64,000 bases of DNA from the human T2T-CHM13v2.0 reference genome, Homo sapiens. Positions 13,546 through 27,625 of this stretch are shown piece by piece. Made by a program: the position numbers and the translations under genes. Below the pieces are notes generated by a model. That model saw nothing but the letters and a program-made list of their open reading frames with translations. It did no database searches and had not been told where the DNA came from. The stretch lies in assembly GCF_009914755.1 (NCBI RefSeq), contig NC_060929.1, one strand, 5' to 3'. Position 1 is the stretch's first letter. Each line of letters begins with the position of its first letter.

Positions 13546-14289
13546 TTTAATTTGCCCAGTCTCTGTCCTCCTAGTCCTTTCTGACTCTTTCCATCTTCTT
13601 TTTCTCATGTCTCTACTATTTCCTTCAAGCTGTAGTGTTTGTTTCAGTCTGTACCTCATAACGGGGTGATGGGTGAGTTGACTTTTGGAGAGCACCTTAA
13701 CAGTCAATACAGAAATAGCCATCAATATCTATTCTTAAGGTCAACCCTGGTAGATGTCATATTACTCAATACGAATTCATACTGACAATATGAATTATCT
13801 CTATGTCATCTGGAAATGACTCACATTAGCTAATGACTATCCTTCCAAGTACTGGACATATGTTTTTGTTGTAAATACTATTAACTGATGGACTGCAGCC
13901 ATCATCTAAATTAGCAAATATTTAAGCCTGGATGAGCAGCATGAAAATGCTCGACAGTTGGCAGCATGTTTAGAGTCTGTTGTCTTTAGCTGCAAGAAAA
14001 GTGAACTGCAAGCAGTTCTGTCACTTGTCTTTCTTTGATTTGCGTGGAATATACATTCACCCTCAGCAATGCCTTTAGTGAACCACATGTATTAATCACA
14101 ATAAAAACAAGTTGGAAATAATTATAATTTCCCACCAGGGTAAACAAATATTCGTTTAATTTTTAACTTTATTTGTTAAACAATTTATCAAGGCCACAAT
14201 ATAGACAATGACATTTGAGATACTTATATCTTAAAGTGAGTTTAGTTTTGAGAACACACAGAACCCTGCAAATCGGAGTAAAAGTTAAA

Positions 14290-15050
14290 TACAAATAAGA
14301 AAGAATTAAACAGTGAAGAGAATATGAAATCTAAATGTCCAATAAACATATGAAAAATGTTTAACCTCATAATTTATCAGTGAAAGGAAAAGTAAAACCA
14401 TAGAAAGAGATCATTAAACATAGAATTGGCAGAAGGAAAAGGTGGGGGGCACTTACAAGAATTGGCAAAAAGATATGGAAAATTGGACCTTATATATTCC
14501 TAGAGGAATATAAATTCAGTAAGAGAGTGATTTGCCTATATTTAATAAACCTCAGTATTACCATATCCTATGACCTAGAAATTTTGCTTCTGATAATATA
14601 TGCTAGGGAATCTATCACATATGTTCATAAGAAGATATTTAAAAGAATGTTACTTGCAATGTTTCTTTGGGATAGCAAAAACTTGGAAACCTCTTAACAT
14701 CCAACTATGGTGATGAATGAATGGACTGTATTATATGCATTCAACGAATTACTACAGAACTGTTAAAATAAAGAAGCTAGATCTAGAGAATCAATGCAGA
14801 TATATATTAGACACATAATATTTCATGGACAAAACAAATCAAGAGTGGATACCATTCATGTAATTTTAAAAAATCTAAATATTATATTTTATGTAAACAT
14901 ATTTGCATAAACATAAAATATCTAGTCAGGAAAGATACATGCAAACTCAAGAAATGGTTTTATCTGAAATTAATGAGTAGTATCATTTAGGATTGTAAAA
15001 GGAATTTCAACGATATCTGTAATATTTTATTAAAGTTTTAGGTAAAAGAA
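14290..15050 (+). mobile_element. L1ME-type 3' end
   Basis: caataaacatatgaaaaatgtttaacctca, ccatatcctatgacctagaaattt, aatagcaaaaacttggaaac-like L1 3' motifs. Confidence 0.7.
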
Positions 15051-15379
15051 CAAAAAAGCCCAATAGTAAAATAGTCACTAAAAACTCAAAAATATAAAAA
15101 AGTCAAAAGTAAAAAAATCATACATTATAGTGACTAAAAATTTTTTAACCTAGTTAAATGTATCATTTTTCCAAATGTCTTCTACTTTTAAAATGTAAAA
15201 CATTTTATAAGCATTTTTCAGTAGTATTATGTATCCTTTGCAATAATAACTTTTAAATGCCTGTAGTCTATTCTACTGAATGCATATACCATGATTAACT
15301 TACTCATATATCTATGTTACTCTGGTTCAACAGGAAGAACTGTAATAGATATAGTTGTATATAAAACTTTAAAATAGAA

Positions 15380-15625
15380 ATAATAATAGTAATTATTTAT
15401 TAAATGATTACTGCGAATGAGTACTTCAATAAGTACTTTAAACACACCATTTTATTTAATCTTCACCAAGTGCCCTTGAGAGTTAATTATCTGAACTGTA
15501 AGATGAGACAATTTGTAACTTGGCTAGGAGCCTCAGTTTGTAAGGGCCAGACACAGCATTCAAATCTGAGTCTACCTGTGTGTCCGTGAAGCTTGTGTGG
15601 TCTCAGTACTGGATCTACATTACCT
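15380..15625 (-). mobile_element. MIR SINE
   Basis: ttatttaatcttcac...gtaacttggctagg...attcaaatctgagtct. Confidence 0.6.
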
Positions 15626-16089
15626 CTCTACCATGTTTGTGGTATAATATTCAGGCATATTTCTTTTGAAGGTTCTACATGGGAGAGGTTGTTAGTTAAT
15701 CAGCAAAAGCTCAGTTTATCTTGTTTTAGGACATATACCTAGACTACATTCCCAGTCTCTCTTACACGTAGGTAGGTGTATGATGAGTTTTCATCAGTGG
15801 GCCAGGGGTAATGATGGATATTGCTTCTGGATTAAAGCTCAAAGTGAGTATATCTTTGACTTGAGCAAAAAGCAGATCAAATATATTAAGGGGCAGGGAC
15901 TTTATGTCTCCTTAGTCCAAAATTTATGGAGTTGCCTGCTAGGAATTTGACAAGTTTGAGTCCACAGATGTTTAGTTTACAAAATCCTTTCCTGAGATCT
16001 AGGAGTAGCAGAAGAAGCTATACATAGCTGGGTTATTGAGAGTACAGGAGTCTAGCAAGCTGTTTTAGAAGTGTCTGTGTTTAAAAGTT

Positions 16090-16112
16090 AAAAAAAAAAA
16101 AAAAAAAAAAAA
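16090..16112. repeat. Poly(A) run of about 23 nt
   Basis: Read directly. Confidence 0.9.
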
Positions 16113-16479
16113 GGGAATATTTAGAAAGGTTTGGGTACTGCTTATTTCCAACTCAAACATGGCATTATTTTGATAGATTGATTAAGAATCCATTAGTTCA
16201 GAAAATATCTCAACTGCATACAGTTTGTACAGCATACTTTTCTCATATTACTCTAAAAGCCCTGCACTTAAACTGATTGTGTATGTATAAGATGATAAAG
16301 TACACGATGAAACAAGGAGTCCTGCCAAAGATGAGAAAGTGGGGAAATTCCATAACCTAGGAGGACTGCCTTTAAAGGAGAAACCTCTTGTCATTTGACT
16401 TCTATCTTGGCACACTCTGTCTGGGGAATTCTCCAATATGAATTATTTTTTCACTTACTTCTGGTGGCAGCAAATTTTT

Positions 16480-16646
16480 AAGGTCAGAAATTTACTGGAT
16501 TCAAATCTAGACAAGTCCGCTTAGTGATTAGTGGATCTTCCGTAAGTTGTATAATCTCTGTCTGCCCCAGTTTTCTTATCAGTAAATGACAATAATCACA
16601 ATATATAACTCAATTGCTGTGTGATTGAGTTACATGCATAAAATAC
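16480..16646 (+). mobile_element. MIR SINE interrupted by the MLT1 LTR
   Basis: ctggattcaaatc...aatctctgtctgccccagttttcttatcagtaaatgacaataat core. Confidence 0.65.
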
Positions 16647-17128
16647 CATAGTAGGCTGAATTATAGCTCCTGAAGATATCTGGTCCTAATTCCTGGATCC
16701 TGAAACTATAAATGTTACTTTGTATGTTAAAAAAGAGTCTTTACAGATATGATTAAGTTATGGATCTTGAGATGGGGGGGTTATTTGGGTGGACCCTAAG
16801 TGCAATCACATGTATTCATACAAGAGGAAACAGAGGGAGATCTGACAACAGGCAGATATAGACAAAGGTGGTGTGAAGATGGACTCAGAAAAAAAGTGCT
16901 GTGATCATAAATGAAGGAATGCCAGTAGCCACCAGAAGCCAGAAGAGGCAAGGAATGAATTATCTTTGAGAAACTGCAGAGAAAGCAGAGCTCTGCATCT
17001 TAATTTTGGCCCAGTGGTATTTATTTTGGACTTCTGGCCTCCAGAACTGTGAAAGAATAAATTTCTGTTGTTTTAAGTCACCCAGTTGGTGGTAATATGT
17101 TACAGCAGCCACAGGAAAAACTAATACA
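16647..17128 (+). mobile_element. MaLR solo LTR (MLT1C/D-like)
   Basis: Full-length LTR ending ...ggacttctggcctccagaactgtga...aataaatttctgttgttttaag...actaataca; 5-bp TSD AATAC at 16642-16646 and 17129-17133. Confidence 0.88.
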
Positions 17129-17589
17129 AATACTCAGACGCTAAGCATTATAAAACTGTTTGCTATTAGTATTCCAAGACAATGGCCAAATTTCACACTA
17201 TGAGGTGCCACAAACTAGAACAGCTTGAGGACCATTCACTGTGTATTTCCAAGAAACTTGTGTCTGATTACAGAACTTGGTTTTGGATAGGTTATTCTGA
17301 TGAGGAAAGCAAAGATAATATTTCATTTGGCAGTTCACCTTCTACCAGTAGACTTCAATCAGATGAAATAGGGTAGAGAGGCCTGCATAGCCTTAGAGGG
17401 GACGGCAGCCAACCTCCAAAGCCTTCTTCTGCTTAATTAAGATGTCTTATTTGTATTCCAGGCAACAGAATCATATGGAAGTGTGTGCAAGGTATTTGTC
17501 AAAGCCTTGAAGACAGGGGCCCTAACCAGTACATGGAGGTAAAATTTGCTTCCCAAAGAATGATAAGAAATTCGTGCAAGAGAACGTGG

Positions 17590-17850
17590 TCTACTATAGT
17601 GATGTAAGGGCTTCTGGAATCAGATAAACGGACTTCCTACTGAGTCCTTACACTGCAGTTACAAGTTACATGGCCCCAAATAGGCCATTACACCTCTCTG
17701 AGCCTCATTCTTCTTCATAAACTGCTGGAGCCAGGGTGGAAGAAGGGGAAGACACCTTTGCCACATTGGATTACTATATGTATCAAATTAAATAATGAAT
17801 GTAAAGTGCTTATTTAGGGCCTTATTAGCACTAAATATTCAATAAAGGGT
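17590..17850 (+). mobile_element. MIR SINE
   Basis: tctggaatcagata...acctctctgagcctca...aaattaaataatgaatgtaaagtgctt...attcaataaa. Confidence 0.65.
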
Positions 17851-19069
17851 ATTCCAACAAGGTGAAGGCAAAGCACAAATTCATTCAGAAACCTAGAAAG
17901 TAGACAATTGACTTAGAAGGCTAACAAAAAGTACACAGTTTGTGCATAAAAAGTCCCGTTAAGTTTATTCTCTGTTGTAGCCCCAAAGATTATTTTCTTT
18001 ACTCTCTAAAGTTTAAAAATCCAGTAGCACCAGTGTTTGGGGGTAGCATATTAGGGGTGGAGTGTTTGTTACTGAAAAATTATAGGAGATCAAGATATTC
18101 CAATCAATTTTTTAATAAATTGGTAAAAAAAAATCTGGCCTGTGATAATAGATGTTGGCATCAAAGCAATATTAATTTTTCCAATCCTTTAGAAATCCTA
18201 TTTTTGCCAAGTTTAGTCTTCAGAAAGGAGGTTATGTGAAATCACTTAAACTCTTCATAGCTAGATTTTAAAATTTAATATAGGTGCAGAATTGACAATA
18301 TAAACTGGCCACAGAGGCCATGTAGAAAAGCCAGACATATATTACCTAAATAGAGAAAGCACTAGGCCTCTCTGTCTGCTTCAATCACAATGTTCATGTT
18401 TTGAAAGACCTGCCAAGATTGTGGGTAGAGTAATGGAGTGGAAACTGGGGCAAGTGTGATGTGCTGCCTTCACTAAGCAAAGCCAAAGAGGGAATGCCAA
18501 ATAAGGCTAAACTTGTGTAGAATATAGCCCTTACTCTTTGTTTTCCACACAGAAGCCATTCCTTCTATCCTTAGTACCAAAATACCTGCTTTTTTTGTAT
18601 CAGGGTGGGCATATGACCCACTTCTGGCCAATAACATGCTAGGAGAAGTTTATAGAGGGGCTTCTGGAAAAGATATTTTCTTTTTAATAATGACAAGTGA
18701 AGCAGAGAGTTTTTCTCCTTTGTGCTGCTGTTGCTTCCAGCCTCTGAATATAATTGTGTGATGCTTAGAATGGCAGTGGCTACCATAGGACTGTGAGAGG
18801 AAGGATTTGTAGAATTTGAGAGATGGCAATCTTAGAGTATCACATTGCTCAGCTGCTGACATCACTATGGTCATCACCCTCCCATGGACTTCTAATTATA
18901 TGCAAAATATAAACTATTATTATTTTAGGCATTCTGTTTCTTTCAAGTAAAATAATTTGTAAATATGATATATACAAATAAATTCAATTGTCAAAACATT
19001 ATTTAGGTTTAAGATCCCTGGAGCATACAAAGATGTAACTACAGTTGGCCCTTGAAAAACACAAGTTTG

Positions 19070-19345
19070 GGCCAGGCGTGGTGGCTCACACTTGTAATCC
19101 CTTGTAAGCATTTTGGGAGGCCGAGGCAGGTGGATCACCTGAGGTCAGGAGTTCGAGACCAGCCTGACCAACATGGTGAAACCCCATCTCTACTAAAAAA
19201 AAAAAGTACAAAAATTAGCCGGGCATGGTGGCAGGTGCCTGTAATCCCAGCTACTCAGGAGGCTGAGGCAGGAGAATTGCTTGAACCTGGGAGGTGGAGG
19301 TTGCAGTGAGCCGAGACTCCGTCTCAAAAAAAAAAAAAGAAAAAA
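19070..19345 (+). mobile_element. AluS with internal right-arm deletion
   Basis: GGCCAGGCGTGGTGGCTCA...; TSD about AAAAAc/tAAGTTTG; GAGCCGAGA joined directly to CTCCGTCTC. Confidence 0.93.
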
Positions 19346-19761
19346 AATAAGTTTGAACTGTGCCCCTTCTATGCTGATTTTTAAAGTAGATAGATTAGAA
19401 AATGTTCTGGAGATTTGAGACAATTTGAGAAAACTCACAAACTGTACAGATAGAAATATTACAAAAATTAAAAAGTTGGGTATGTCATGAATATATAAAA
19501 TACATGGATATACTAGTCTGTCATTTACTACCACAAAATATGTACAAGTCTATTATAAAAAGTTAAAATTTATCAAGACTTATGCGCACACAGACTGAAC
19601 AGTGCACCAAAGAGAAATGTAAACAAATGTAAAGATGAAATATTAAATAACTGCATAAAATTAACTATAGTACATACTGTACTACTGTAATAATTTTTTA
19701 GCAACCTCCTGTTGCTACTTCTGTGAACTCAAGTATTCTATCTGCTTAAAATGCCATGTGA

Positions 19762-20098
<337 letters not shown>

Positions 20099-20789
20099 TT
20101 ATGGCTTCAGTAAATTGCATATCACAGTAAAAAGTAATCTCTAGTGGATCTCCTGTATTTTTCATCCTGTTTAGTGCAATATCATAAACCTTGAATGACA
20201 CCATGGGACCCACACAGAGTACCACTAGCGATGCTGAAAGGGCTCCCAAGAAGCAGAGAAAAGCCATGACCTACACAAGAAAAAGTCAAATTGCATGATA
20301 TGTATTGTAGATTGAGGTTGCAGCTGCGGTTGCCCACCATTCCAGACAGATAATTCATCTTGGAAACAGACAATGTAAACTTAAGCTATCAATAAATATA
20401 GTAATGTAAAAGGATTTTCTCTTTCTTATGAATTTCTTAGTAACATTTTCTTTTCTCTTACTTTATTGTAAGAATACAGTATATAATACATATAATACAG
20501 TATATAATACATATTATAATTATATAATACATATAATTTCCTGTTTATGTTATCTATCAGTAAGGCTTCTGGTCACCAGTAGGTAATTAGTAGTTAAAAT
20601 TTGGAGAAGTCAAAAAGTTAAACACAGGGTTTTGACTGAGCAGGGACTTGATTCCCTTAACCCTTACCTTGTTCAAGGGTCAACTGCATATTATAATATC
20701 TTTGGGGATAAGGTGGGAAATGACTTGAAATCACTCAACCAGAGGATTTTAAAAGTGTGAGGGAGAAAAACTCAACTTAGTTTAGATGT

Positions 20790-22064
20790 TCATTGATTCG
20801 CTCACATATTATTGTGTTTCTATTATTCCCAGGAACTATACTGCTGGGAATACTCTGATAAGAGTTGGACAGAGTCTCTGCCTTCATTTAGTGTGTACAC
20901 TTTATAAATAAACTTTTTAAAAAGATGACTACTGAATGGTAAGTGCTAAGAGAAAAACAAACACAATAATATGATAAGAGTATGGGGTTCCACTGAGGGA
21001 ATCTACTCTAGATAAACCTAGAGGATGAGAAGGAGCCAGCATGGGAAAATTCTGGCAAACAATCTTACAAGCAGAGTAAGTACAAGACTTTGAAGCAGCA
21101 AAGATCTTACACAATCCATCGTGGTTGGAGCAGTAAGAGTTAAGAATACATAGATGAGAGAAGAGAAGAGAAGAAAGGCAGATATTGCAAGGTCTGGAAG
21201 GCCAAGATAAGGAAATGAATTTCACCTCATTTTAAATGTAGTAGGAAGCCAATAAGCCAACAAGAAATTTTAAGCAGAGAAGTGAGATGTTCTCATTTAT
21301 GTTTCCAACAGTTCACTCTGCTGTGTACAGCGTGGACTGGGGGGGAAGAGTTAAAGCAGGAAAATCTTCAACTAGGGTGGCCCCAATGGATTACAGAAAC
21401 TTCAATGACCTAAGAATAGTTTGGTAGAAGCAATGGACTTTGCCGATAAAATGAATGTTGTGGTGTGTGAGGGCAATAAGTTAAGAATAACTCACAGGTT
21501 TCTAGCTTGGTCACTGGGCCCAAGGTATTGTCAATTTCTAACTTGGAAGGAGACTTTGAAGAAAAAATGTTTACAGGATACAAATCAAGTGTTCTGCTTT
21601 GACCATGTTATTTTTTAGAATTACTGGAATATACAAGTGGAGAGGTCAAGTAGGCAGTTTGAGATATGAGTCTGAGGTTCAGGGACAGGTCAGCACATGT
21701 AAATTCTGGGACTAGATCATATCATTAGGTGAAGTAACAGACGAAGAAGAAAAAAGTAATCAGGACTTCAGCCTATGAACATTTAAAAGGGAGATAATAG
21801 AAGAACCAAAAGGGAAAAAAAAGTGACGGGGTGCAGTGGCTCATGCATGTAATCCCAACTACTTGGAAGGCCAAGGCGGTTGGATCACTTGAGGCTAGGA
21901 TTTTGAGACCAGCTTCGGCAACATAGCAAGACTTTCTCTCCACAGAAATTAAAAAAAAAAAAATTAACTGGACATGCATGGTGGCACATGTTTGTAGTCC
22001 CAGCTACTCAGGAGGCTACTGAGGTGGGAGGAATGCTTGAGCCTCAGAGTTTGAGGCTGCAGTA

Positions 22065-22100
<36 letters not shown>

Positions 22101-22620
22101 AAGAAAGAAAGAAAGAAAAAAGCCTAGAGGAGGACAAGAGTGAGGAGAAAAGGGGAATATGATGTAATAACAGGATTTCATAAAGTAGAGAGTGATCAGA
22201 GATGTGTTGAATATATTTGAAAAGTGTAGTAATTGAGTGCATAGACATGGTCCTTAGCCAGACACATGGGTCATGTATTGGGTAATGTGGAGATTATTGG
22301 TGACCTTGACAAGAACAGTTTTAGTGCACAGAGGAGGGAGAGGCCATACTGAGGTGAGTTTATAAGTAAATAGAAGTTGAGTAGACTTTTTCAAAATGTT
22401 TTTCTATGGAGAGAAGAAAAATGGGATGATATTTGTAGAAAACGAGTTATATTATCATCTCCTCACTTAAAAATAATATCATGCCCAATGAGAAAGATCC
22501 AGTAGAGAGAGAGATATATTGTGTATGTAGGAGAGGGGTGGGGATAAGTGCAGAACAGAAGCCTCTAAGGGATGGTATCCAGAATCTAGGTGGGGCCTTT
22601 GGTGGGAGTAAGGAGACTTC
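20790..22620 (-). mobile_element. L2 LINE (3' end at left), interrupted by AluJ
   Basis: cattgattcgctcacatattattg 3' tail; ggagaggtcaagtaggcagtttgagatatgagtctg; ttggtgaccttgacaagaacagttttagtg (antisense RT). Confidence 0.8.
21825..22120 (+). mobile_element. AluJ, 3'-truncated, with A31(GAAA)n tail
   Basis: J diagnostics gcaacatagcaagac, tgcttgagcc, gaggctgcagt; body stops at 22067. Confidence 0.9.
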
Positions 22621-23317
22621 CTTCAACTTATCTTGAGGAAAGATGTCATTGCTCACTGCTGTGCTGACCTATAAGGCTCAAAGAATGACAAATCATAAAG
22701 CTGTCTTTGCCAAGGGTGACATGCCTACCTGCAGCACAGCAGTGAGGCCAGCAACAATGTGACCAAGAACTCCAAACAAGCCATTGATTAACTTAGGGAA
22801 GTTAAAGCCAGGCAACATGTGATCACTGTAGATATTGCTAAACTGTCTTAGGATGTATGATTTCAAGATCTGAAGATAAATTTTTGAGACAATGGGAGTT
22901 GTGGGTTTGGGAAATAGTTTATAATTTTGTTTTTTTTTTCTTTCACTCCAGGAGTCCATTTATTTAAAAATGAACCAGACACAGCCCTGGACAGAAACTT
23001 CCTGATGAGATACATGAAAATTCTGAAATACAAAACATAATGAATTGTAAACATCTTTCTATCCACGAAAGATGGTCATGGTGAGGTGAATGTACTAAAA
23101 TAGAAATGTGTCTCTAAAAGTATATTCTTTAAAGAGAAGACTGAGCTAGGAATACCAGACCAGGCTAAAACTATGACTGCCTTGAATAAAGTAAAATATG
23201 CATAAACTGTACCAAGAGATAAGGATAACAGACATATAAAAATATTCAGAGTTATACATAACAAAAAGAAAATATAATTAGACAGTTAACTACTTCACTT
23301 TTCTATTCAAAAATTAT

Positions 23318-23610
23318 GGCCAGGCACGGTGGCTCACGCCTGTAATCCCAGCACTTTGGGAGGCCGAGGCGGGTGGATCACGAGGTCAGGAGATCAAGAC
23401 CATCCTGGCTTACATGGTGAAACCCCATCTCTAAAAATACAAAAAATTAGCCGGGTGTGGTGGCAGGCGCCTGTAGTCCCAGCTACTGGGGGATGCTGAG
23501 GCAGGAGAATGGTGTGAACCCAGGAGGCAGAGCTTGCAGTGAGCCAAGATTGCGCCACTGCACTCCAGACTGGGTGACAGAGCGAGACTCCGTCTCAAAA
23601 AAAAAAAAAA
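23318..23610 (+). mobile_element. AluY
   Basis: Y diagnostics gatcacgaggtcaggagatc, accatcctggct, gaatggtgtgaacc, gagcttgcagtg. Confidence 0.92.
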
Positions 23611-23870
23611 ATTGTTAGTAACTTAGTTGTATCTTTACTCACATTTTCTGCCTTTCATTTCCAATGGGACAAGTGCCCCTGATCCTACAAGAAGCCCAGA
23701 CTTCCCTCTGTGCTCTGGATTCATCCTTTTCATCATTCAATTGCTAGTCTTTCAGTTACCATCTCTCCTAATGTACCAAAAAATATGTTCCTTTTCTTCT
23801 GGCTAATTCTTACTAGCATTGAACAATAATCGAATGTTTCTAGCATTTTCTGTCTTTAAAGAAACACTTC

Positions 23871-24027
23871 TAGCCAGGTGTGGTGGCATGTGCCTATAGT
23901 TTCAGCTACTTGGGAGGCTGAGATGGGATGATCCCTTGAGCCCAGGAGTTTGAGACTGCAGTGAGCTATGATTGTGTCACTGCACTCTGGCCTTGGTGAC
24001 AGAGCAAGACCTCATCTCTAAAAAAAG
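23871..24027 (+). mobile_element. Alu right monomer (FRAM/AluJ-like)
   Basis: agccaggtgtggtggcatgtgcct...gtgagctatgattgtgtcactgcactc...gacagagcaagacc + A tail. Confidence 0.88.
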
Positions 24028-24863
24028 ATTTTTTTCTAAACCTATATCCTTCTTAATCTAAAGAACTGATTGATTCTTTTCTAACTAGCAGTTTTCTCTT
24101 TGACTTAAAAAACCAGGCTTTTCACCCCTCTATTCCTCTGGAACTGCTCCTGTCAAAGTCACTAAGAGCCTTTGTGTCACCATAATCTCCACACTCATTC
24201 AAATCATACTTGATCTCTCAGTAGCATTTGATATAGTTGGCCACTTTTTCTATTAAGTTGAAATATAGGAAATTTATGTTTTTGTAGGTCTAGAATTATT
24301 TGGGCAATTTTATTTGGCTCAATCTAATAGTAATATTTTTTTCTTAAATTTCGTTACTCTAGTGTCCAGGTTTTTTGCTACTTCAGTATCGAATGCATGA
24401 ATCTCATTCCTACCCCATTTATTCAATGTTAACTCTCTGTCATAGGTTCCATTTTCTATTCTAGGTATGATCTCCCTCCAGGTGGTGTCATCTATTCCCA
24501 TGGTTTAAATATCTTCTTCGTGCAGATGTCACTTATATTTCAAATCTACTCTCCATGAATATGAGATTCATACTCATATATGCAGCCTATCTAACCATCA
24601 TCTACTTTCGGTGCCCAATAAGCATCTCAAACTTAATGTGGTCAAAAGAGAATTCTTTTTTTTTCACCTCCATGTGCTTCTCTCCTAGTCTTCTTCATCT
24701 TAGTAATGGCACTATGGCATTGCTGGATACTCAAGCACAAAAGCTAGGAGTCATTCTGGATTTCTGCCTTTTCCTGACTTCTCCACATCTAATCTATAAA
24801 AAGTCCTCTTCTTGATAGCACATTCCTCCATTCATTTCCATTTATAGTACTAATAGCCTAGAG

Positions 24864-25077
24864 CAGGATTCCTCAACCTTGACACAATTGACATTTTGGG
24901 TCAAATCATTTTTGTTGTATGGAGCTGTCCTGTGCAATGTTGGGGGTTCAGCACCATCCCTGGCCTCTCCCTATTAGATGCCAGTAGCGCCCCTTTTCCC
25001 AATTGTGACAACCAAAAATGTCTCCAGACAATGCCAAATATGCTATAGGTTAAAACTACCCCGGCTGAGAACCACTT
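24864..25077 (+). mobile_element. MER20 (hAT-Charlie)
   Basis: caggattcctcaacctt...ttgacattttggg...tagatgccagtagc...gtgacaaccaaaaatgtctccagaca.tgccaaat...tgagaaccact. Confidence 0.88.
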
Positions 25078-26145
25078 CTCTACAGCAATCTGCCATCCAT
25101 TACCTCTTGCCTGGATTACTGTAATAGTTAACCATAGGTCTCCCTTCTACTTGTGGCCTCCTACATGCAATTTTCTAAGTAGTAATAAGATGATTCCTTT
25201 AAAATCATGAATCCGTTTATGTAATTTCCCTGATTAAAATATTTCACTCAGAATAAAATCAAATTCTTTATGTGGCCTTCAAGGCTCTACATGATATAGC
25301 CTTTCCTCACATCTCTGATCTCATCTCATAGAATTCAACATGTTCCAACCACATCATTCCTCAAACATAGTAGGCTTGTTACTTTCTAACAGCCTCTGTA
25401 CTTGTTTTTCCATGTGTCTGGAATGCTCCTCCTTACCATTCAGATCTCAGCTTAAATGTTTCCTCCTAAAGAAAGTAGATCACAGGCAACCTATATCACT
25501 CCAGCAGAGTGCCATATTTTCTTCCTAGCCTTATCACTAACTAGAAATATCTCATTTATTTGTTTACATGTTTATTGTCTACCTACCTCCAGTAGACTGT
25601 AAACTCTATAATAACATGGGCATTATCTTTCTTGTTCACCACAGAATTCTTAGTGTATACAGTTATTGATTTAATAGATGAAAAAGTCAAGTAATTCACT
25701 TTAATATTAACATGAGTTTTAATAATAATATTGGTGATAGTCACAGCTGGATGTGCCAACAATCAACTGTAAGACCTTTGGTGATCTTATAGTTTATTTG
25801 GTTATAATAAAATGATATAAAAACAATAAATTCCTATTAATAATTTTCTGTTAGGTCTTTACTAGATTATATATAAGGTCTTTTCTGGTTCTAAAATATA
25901 TCTGGTAGCTCTTAAAAATCTCTCGATCATACCACGTTCCATCTATGTATAAAACTCCATCTTGATTTTCTTCCTTTCCTTTGCAGAATATTTTCAGAGT
26001 TCCCCCATGGAGAAGACTGCAAAAGCTGTTTTGATACTTGACTTTCCTTGCCTGCTTTATCACATTTGAGAAACTACAAATGGAGTCAAATAATCTCATT
26101 TGGAGTCAGCTGAGTAAATCCAGTAATCCTCTAATAATAGCGACC

Positions 26146-26272
26146 TCAGGATTAATTTAAAATATAGACAAATAACTCACCTAAAAATATCACCTCTGAC
26201 TGAATAATATCAATCAGGAGTATTTTACAATATAGACAACTCACCTAAAAATATCACGTTTGACTGAATATA
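26146..26272. repeat. Imperfect tandem duplication, period about 68 bp
   Basis: TCAGGA.TA.TT.A.AATATAGACA(aata)ACTCACCTAAAAATATCAC.T.TGACTGAATATA occurs twice. Confidence 0.88.
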
Positions 26273-26319
26273 CCTTTGATTTTTCAATGTAGTATCCTGA
26301 AGATATATTTGGTGTAACA

Positions 26320-26709
26320 ACTCTTCAACAAATATTTATAGTGTCAGGCAGTGTTCTAGGAGTTGTGACACAGTTGAGAACAAAATAAACAAGTCTCTGC
26401 TTTCATAATGTATACAAACGGTAATAAGCATTAAGAAAGAGAAGAAAAAGGAGGCAGGAAATAGGCATAGAGTGAGATTATAGTGATATTTTATATAAGG
26501 CAGTAAAGGTGGACCTTTTTGATTTGAGATACCTATTTGTGCACAGACAAATGAGGAAGCAGAAGCTGTGTGGCTATCTAGGAGAAGAGAGTTTTCAGGC
26601 AGAAAGAATGGGAAGTACAAAGGATGAGGAACATTAAGGAGACAGTGGGGCTGGAGTAGAGAGAGTGGTGGCAGAAATTAGGATCAGAGAGATAAGACAT
26701 TGGATTGTA

Positions 26710-26710
<1 letters not shown>
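26320..26710 (-). mobile_element. L2 3' part (continues at 30455-31240)
   Basis: caacaaatatttat...tgtcaggcagtgttctagg...aagtctctgctttcat...ttttcaggcagaaagaa. Confidence 0.75.

Positions 26711-27624
<914 letters not shown>

Positions 27625-27625
<1 letters not shown>

Larger units (their letters stand above)
23640..25690 (+). mobile_element. L2 LINE (3' end at right), interrupted by FRAM and MER20
   Basis: gaactgctcctgtcaaagtcact, cttgatctctcagtagcatttga, agcatctcaaacttaatgtg, tagactgtaaactc. Confidence 0.8.

Noticed and set aside
20790-25690. Inverted pair of about 2-kb L2 elements as a large hairpin or composite element
   Set aside because: Independent ancient insertions, too diverged for stable pairing, with no shared TSD.
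26146-26272. Direct repeats with a spacer, superficially CRISPR-like
   Set aside because: Only two diverged copies in mammalian DNA and no cas genes; it is a simple tandem duplication.
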